NCBI GenBank assembly: GCA_964016885.1
Contig: OZ024741.1
Coordinates: 319,858,001 to 319,922,000, forward strand
Length of the DNA stretch: 64,000 nt
Reading direction: 5' to 3'
Origin: Eledone cirrhosa
Taxonomy: Eukaryota
Shown here: one piece after another, positions 58,375 to 64,000 of the stretch
Layout of the letters: the number at the start of each line of letters is the position of its first letter
How positions within the stretch are numbered: the stretch's first letter is position 1
Position numbers and translations under genes: made by a program
Notes under the pieces: generated by a model
The model's input: the letters and a program-made list of their open reading frames with translations, nothing else
Databases searched by the model: none
Told to the model about the DNA's origin: nothing

Positions 58375-59405
58375 TGTGGAAGCATATGCCAACGATGTCA
58401 CCGTAGTGGCGTCGAACGCCAAACACATTGAAATGATCGACACTCATCTCAGAGAGTGCGAAGTGCTAACAGGAGCAATAATTAACCATTAAATGTCGGT
58501 GGAACTGCAGACCGGCACTCAGATAAACAAAAACTGGGGTGCGGTAATAGACAGGATGGTCTCTCTCACCCAGCAATAAGCCGAGTGGAGCTATCCCTGA
58601 AAGGTCGAGCTGATGTAGCGAACGCGTCTCTCATCTACTACTGTCTGACTGACGTGCCTTGTTGTGGTCCATGCAAGACTCCACTAGAGCTGTTACCATT
58701 TCTCGTTTTGTGGAAGGGACAGGTTTCACTGGCCAAGCGGTCTATTTGCTGTCAACACCCGTTGCGTGGAGGATTGGTCATGCCGTGGATGATGATGTGA
58801 AAACATGCGTTAACGCTACGATATCTCCAACACTTCCTTGATGGTGAACAGATGTGTTCACCGTTCACTAGAAACATTTTTCCCATTTCATCTCTTTGGC
58901 AGAGCTGCTGTCGTGGATCAAGCGAAGACAAAGACGGAATGCTTGGAAATTGGAGTGTCTTCAAGCGTTCACAGATTTCTGCAAATCGGGAAGCGCGATC
59001 GGTGGAAACTCCACTTTAGCGTTCTCTAGAAGATTAGTAGTAAGTAGAAGCAACTATGTTCTTGGGAAGCCTCTGGGTGTCGTCGATAATCAATTAGCTA
59101 AACATTTTCGGACAACTTTCGGTCCAGGGTTCATAATTTCTAGAAATCCCTGGCCTGGCTGTTGTACCAGAGAGTATTGCCAGTTCGAGATAAACTCTAC
59201 AGGCATGGAAGTGCTATCAGCCAAGACGAAACCATCCTGTACGTACTCGACGAATGTCCGAGCATTGTTGACTTGTGGGTTTATGTCGAACATGTACTGT
59301 CACGTGTTAGACGGATCCGGCTATCAACTGAGTCCATCGTGAAGATTGCCTCGTCACCTTTCTTAGCCGCGAAGGGCAAGCGGTGTTTGTCTGTGCGGTG
59401 GTATG
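58375..59405 (+). mobile_element. Decayed Tx1-like ORF2 3' fragment
   Basis: LSLKGRADVAN, RSICCQHPLRGGL, LPVRDKLYRHG and IRLSTESIV are recognisable across frames. Confidence 0.85.
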
Positions 59406-60246
59406 ATATGGATTAGCAGAATCATCAGAGCATTGGAAAAAATGCTTTACGGCATTTAGTTATTGATCTTTACCTTCCGGGGTCGATAAAATAAAACACT
59501 AGTGTTTAAAGGGGTATAGATTATATTCAAAGGAAATAGCGTGTGAATAAATTAAAGGGACAAGCTTCGTACAAATGCCACATTGAGACATATTAATAAC
59601 AAATTAATCTATATAAACGGTGAAAAATATGTAAAATAAAATAAAATATAATAAACTATAAATAGAAAATATAAATAGCTTTGTATCTTTTTCACTACGA
59701 GCTTTCGAAATGTTTAGGAAATCTGAACTGGGCGAACTATATGGCTAGCTATAATCTATCATTAGATTTTAATCAAATACACAAAATTATTATCGACTGT
59801 CGAACTAGGTTTGAATTTTTAAAGAGTGATTTCCAGTTATTTAGCATTTCATAATTTCATATAAATATATATATTTATATATATATATATATATTTTTTA
59901 TATATTTATATTTATATATATATTTATTTATTTATATATTTATATTTATATATATATTTATTTATTTATATATATAACCACGCAAACACCACATACATAG
60001 CTATATATGTATTTGCGTGTATGTGTATGTATACGTCTACGCATTTGTGCGTATATACTTTATTAAATGTATATATGTATATACATACTACTGTACGTAT
60101 GTATACATATATGTGTGCACGTATACATACTTATATTTAAGTATCAGCCGTACTAAGAGTGAGAAATGAAATTTATTTTTTTCCATATAACATCATTATT
60201 CATATATAATGAATGCCTATATACACATATATACCAAATGTAAGTT

Positions 60247-60284
60247 AATCTATGTATCTATCTTCCTATCTACCTACCTTTCTC

Positions 60285-60369
<85 letters not shown>

Positions 60370-60479
60370 ATTAATCTCTCTCTATCTCTTTTTATCTATC
60401 TATCTATCTATCTATCTATCTTGATAGAGTAAGATAGATAGATAGATAGATAGATAAAAAGAGATAGAGAGAGATTAAT

Positions 60480-60530
<51 letters not shown>

Positions 60531-60533
60531 TAT
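60247..60533. repeat. (TCTA)n/(TAGA)n inverted microsatellite
   Basis: Arms with the same interruption (TATATTAATCTCTCTCTATCTCTTTTTATC) mirrored about ~60427. Confidence 0.9.
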
Positions 60534-63500
60534 TTCTTTTATTTGCCACTAGGGCATCAAAAGTGGGACAAGTACAAAGGGGGGAGTTTACACAAAAAGG
60601 CGTCCTCAATAAGGAGGAGGCAATAACAAAATATAAAAATAAAATAAGATATAACAAAAAATAAAATTTTTAACAAAATCCTCAATAGAGAGGAGGCGCC
60701 TTGGGGGGTCGCACACACCCCCGAAAAAAGTGTGCAACCCTTCTCCTCAGGAGCACAGAGAAGGGGTGCTCCCTTGGTCTTTCATCTTCCTCACCTATAG
60801 TCTGATGTAGAGTGAAGGCCCATTCACACGGGCCATTCTCGCCACTTTCACCCATCTTTCATAGAAACGGCTGGGGTGCAGCACCTCTCTCTCCATCCTG
60901 ATCCTTCTTCCGAAATGATATCGGAAGAAACGGACCAGTTGTTGGCCAGAGAGAAAGGTGCCCGACCTCAGTCCTTTCAGACGCGTCCACCATACAACCT
61001 CTTTCGCCATGGCTATTACGCACAGAAACACCGCCTCTGCTTCATCTTTGAAGGGGGGAGGCGGCTTGATCATTACAATAGACTCGGTGGTCAACCGGAT
61101 CGGTCCCACCCTTGACAGCAGTTGTTCGACATAGCCCCACAGATCGGCTACGCCCGAGCAGTGTACTAATGCGTGTGCAACGGTTTCCTCGTCGCACACG
61201 CATCTGGGACAGATCTTTTTGGCGGGGTCCCTACCCGGGCGCCCGTGTCTGTAGAGCCTTTCTCGAACGGGTAAAGCCCCTCGGTAGCACTGCCAGGCCA
61301 GGGACTTCTGGAAGTTGTCCATAGGTCCCGGGCTGAATGTCCTACCGAAAAGGCTGGCCAGTTCGTCCTCCTCCATGTCTAGGGCTTCTCCGAGGGCGTC
61401 GTCGCACCTGCTGCGTACCAGCCCTCTATAGAATGTTGCGGTGGAGTCTCCACTGATAACCGGATCCGCCTGCCAGAGGGCGGTGAGCGCCTGGGCACAC
61501 TCAGTGTGCCAGGCGCCCAGTTTTCTCGGTCTTTGCTTGACCCAGGATTGCAGCTCGGTGAGTGAGACGAGTCTGGGAAAGGTTCGTCTCACAAACGAGG
61601 CCCACACCGGTTGTCCGGTGAGGAATACGTAGAGGTGCCGTAGCCTTAATGCGTGTTTACGCATCATTAGCCACGGCATCCCCAGCCCTCCTTTCGAAGG
61701 GTGTTGACAGCAGATGGATCTCCTCACCATAGGAGCCCGCCTCTTCCAAAGGAATTGGAAGAGCGCGCGCTCCATCTTGGTGAGGGTTTCCCTTGGGCAG
61801 GGCACTACGGTCAGGCGGTAGTAGATGACGGACGCTATGTAGGTGTTCGCCACCTCCGCCCGACCTTTCAGGGATAGTTTGCAACTGGCCCACTTCTGGG
61901 TCAGTGCAAACACTCTGTTCGTAACCTCCGCCCAGTTTTTCTCCACCTGGAGGTCCGGTCCGAACCAGACCCCGAGCAACTTCACCGGGCCCTCCGTCCA
62001 GCGTCCGACGACGCTATCGGAGGGCATCGGTCTGCCCCTCCACGTGCCGAGTTGCAAACCGATCGACTTGTCCCGGTTCAGCTTAGCCCCTGTGAACTTT
62101 TCGTACTCCTCCAGTAAGGTGCCGACCGCCTCGATTTCGGAGGCCGTCGACACCATTACTGTCACGTCATCGGCGTAGGCCGACACCGCTTTCCGCAATC
62201 CCGGTTCCAAAGGGATGCCCTGCAACAACTCCAACTTCCGCAGTAGTGGCTCGAGAGTCAATACATACAGAAGGGAGGAGAGAGGGCACCCTTGTCGGAT
62301 GGACCGCGCGATTTTGAACGGCTCCGAGAGGTAGCCGTTCACCTTGACCCTAGAGCAGATGCGGCTGCTGTGCATAGCAGTGATCCAGCCCCTGAAAACG
62401 GGTCCGAAGCCTGCCGCCGCTAGCACCGCATCCAGGTAACCATGGTCGACCCTATCGAACGCCTTAGATTGATCCAAGTTGATCAGAGCCCCACCAAAGC
62501 CGGGTTCGTTCCCAACCCTCTCTATGATGTATCGCATGAGGTGGAGGTTGTCATGGATGGACCTGGACGGGATAGCGCATGTCTGCGCATCTCCCACCAG
62601 GTTGCCCACGACAAGCGCCAACCTCTTTGCTAGCACCTTGGCCAAAATCTGTAACTCTGTATTTAGCAGTGTTATGGGCCTGAAGTTACTTATTTCGTCC
62701 CCCTTGTTCTCGTCCTTCCTCACTAGCGTGACTACGCCCTTGGTCACAGTACAGGGAATTCTCCCGTTCTGTTGCCAGTTGCAGTAGACCGCCTCGAGGA
62801 GATCGGGGAACAAGTCCGGCATAGCTAGATATAATTCGTAAGGAAGACCATCGAGACCCGGGGATTTGCGTTTGCCGCATTGGCTCAGCACGTCCTCTAT
62901 CTCAGCGGCCGAAATCGGCTCCTCGCAGGACTTCGCCTCCCTGTCCGAGAGGCGCGGCAGGCCGTCGAGGTATGGACCGAAGTCCACGTTCCCAACCGGC
63001 TCCCCGCCCCTCCCGAACAGTCGGGCAAAGTGCCTTTGAAAGGCCTCACACATCTGCTTAGGCTCAAGAATCGCCCGTCCATCCAGGTCTCGCAAAGACC
63101 GGATGGTGGATTTAGTTCCACTGTTGGCCTCTGTCACGCGGGCCCAGCTAACAGCTTTGGTCCCCTCGTTCCCTAGAGCACGTATTTTACTTCGGACAAC
63201 GCAGCCTTCGTGCTTCGCGTCGAAAAACTGGCTCAAAGCCGTTCTCGACGCTAGCACTCTGGCCACGTCGCCGCTTCTAATTGCCTCTTCTACTCTATCT
63301 ATTAGCTCCCTTTCCTTCCTATTCCTATCCGCAGCTAGAACCTTACTAAATTCTATCGAGACTACTCTAATCTCTCTCTTTAGAGATACCCACCACCTGC
63401 TGTTGACGATCGCTCCAGTCAACCGTTCCTTAACTAACGTACTAATCCGATTCCTGTAGGCTCTACTTGCCGGCAAGGACAAGTTGAGCTTCCAGTAACC

Positions 63501-64000
63501 GGGGCCCTGTCTATGAGTTCTGTCAAGGTTGACCATGCAGGTCACTAATTTGTGGTCTGAATAGCCAACAATGCGCATTTTTGGACAACTTAAAAAGTCC
63601 TTATCCTTAATTCTAACTAAGAACCTATCTAGGTACGACCTAGATGATCCGCTACGATTTGCCCAAGTCCAGGTTGGCGCAGTCGGAAAATCTAGTCGAT
63701 ATCTATCGGCCAGGTCAAATCGACCGATTAACCCTTTGAGGCTATTACACCCCTCTCTATCGGGGCAGGCCCCTACGTAGTCCCAGCGTGCATCTAGGAT
63801 ACCATTCCAGTCCCCCACTAATAGCAAGGAGCGGGACGTCCCTAGAAAAGTCTCCAGACGATGGAAGAAGTCCGGCCGCATTGACCCGAAAGGGCCGTAG
63901 GCGGCTACCAACCTAAACGCTCCGCCTTTACCACTGCCAAGGTCCAGAACCACTAGTCGACCCTCCGGGTCCAAATGTACCATCTGTGTTGCGAGACCCA
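60531..64000 (-). mobile_element. Tx1-like non-LTR retrotransposon including ~260-bp 3' UTR ending in (TATC)n
   Basis: ORF2 is followed on the minus strand by a UTR ending ...GGCAAATAAAAGAAAT, directly abutting (ATCT)n. Confidence 0.9.
60795..63983 (-). CDS. Tx1/L1-clade LINE ORF2 (APE endonuclease + RT + C-terminal Cys/His knuckle), uninterrupted; 5' end runs off the window
   Basis: 1062-aa ORF with APE motifs (GDWN, SYLDRF, YSDH), RT motifs (SPGLDG, NFRPITLLN, DQSKAFD, IRQGCPLS, YADD) and CPRC..ETVAHALVHC. The frame stays open to base 64000. Confidence 0.95.
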   Translation of the reverse strand: MVHLDPEGRLVVLDLGSGKGGAFRLVAAYGPFGSMRPDFFHRLETFLGTSRSLLLVGDWNGILDARWDYVGACPDREGCNSLKGLIGRFDLADRYRLDFPTAPTWTWANRSGSSRSYLDRFLVRIKDKDFLSCPKMRIVGYSDHKLVTCMVNLDRTHRQGPGYWKLNLSLPASRAYRNRISTLVKERLTGAIVNSRWWVSLKREIRVVSIEFSKVLAADRNRKERELIDRVEEAIRSGDVARVLASRTALSQFFDAKHEGCVVRSKIRALGNEGTKAVSWARVTEANSGTKSTIRSLRDLDGRAILEPKQMCEAFQRHFARLFGRGGEPVGNVDFGPYLDGLPRLSDREAKSCEEPISAAEIEDVLSQCGKRKSPGLDGLPYELYLAMPDLFPDLLEAVYCNWQQNGRIPCTVTKGVVTLVRKDENKGDEISNFRPITLLNTELQILAKVLAKRLALVVGNLVGDAQTCAIPSRSIHDNLHLMRYIIERVGNEPGFGGALINLDQSKAFDRVDHGYLDAVLAAAGFGPVFRGWITAMHSSRICSRVKVNGYLSEPFKIARSIRQGCPLSSLLYVLTLEPLLRKLELLQGIPLEPGLRKAVSAYADDVTVMVSTASEIEAVGTLLEEYEKFTGAKLNRDKSIGLQLGTWRGRPMPSDSVVGRWTEGPVKLLGVWFGPDLQVEKNWAEVTNRVFALTQKWASCKLSLKGRAEVANTYIASVIYYRLTVVPCPRETLTKMERALFQFLWKRRAPMVRRSICCQHPSKGGLGMPWLMMRKHALRLRHLYVFLTGQPVWASFVRRTFPRLVSLTELQSWVKQRPRKLGAWHTECAQALTALWQADPVISGDSTATFYRGLVRSRCDDALGEALDMEEDELASLFGRTFSPGPMDNFQKSLAWQCYRGALPVRERLYRHGRPGRDPAKKICPRCVCDEETVAHALVHCSGVADLWGYVEQLLSRVGPIRLTTESIVMIKPPPPFKDEAEAVFLCVIAMAKEVVWWTRLKGLRSGTFLSGQQLVRFFRYHFGRRIRMEREVLHPSRFYERWVKVARMARVNGPSLYIRL

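Overview
This is an AT-rich, repeat-dominated animal genomic window. A cephalopod or octopus-like origin is inferred from the SINE, LINE and microsatellite content and is not proven. No host gene can be called with confidence. Recognisable elements are: a near-intact Tx1/L1-clade LINE ORF2 (60795-63983, -) plus four decayed relatives; three Penelope-like (Naiad-type) RT-GIY-YIG elements; RTE, CR1-like and R4/Dong-like fragments; a deleted mariner, two Tc1/mariner MITEs and a putative non-autonomous Helitron; about 15 tRNA-derived SINEs; and many (TA)n, (CA)n and (TATC)n microsatellites. The main result is an RNA-level system inside the (TA)n tracts, read by eye. (i) There are about 15 type I hammerhead ribozyme motifs, several with variant cores or large stem II inserts. 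(ii) A covarying bulged hairpin, RCTC-stem-loop-stem-TN-GAGY, is shared by at least seven otherwise dissimilar element families and lies 2-8 nt downstream of the fixed point where 'tailless' copies join (TA)n. (iii) Two ORF-less tandem elements (about 543-nt and 628-nt units) each carry one hammerhead plus this hairpin, as expected for retrozyme-like RNAs mobilised by Penelope-like RTs. None of the structures was checked computationally.
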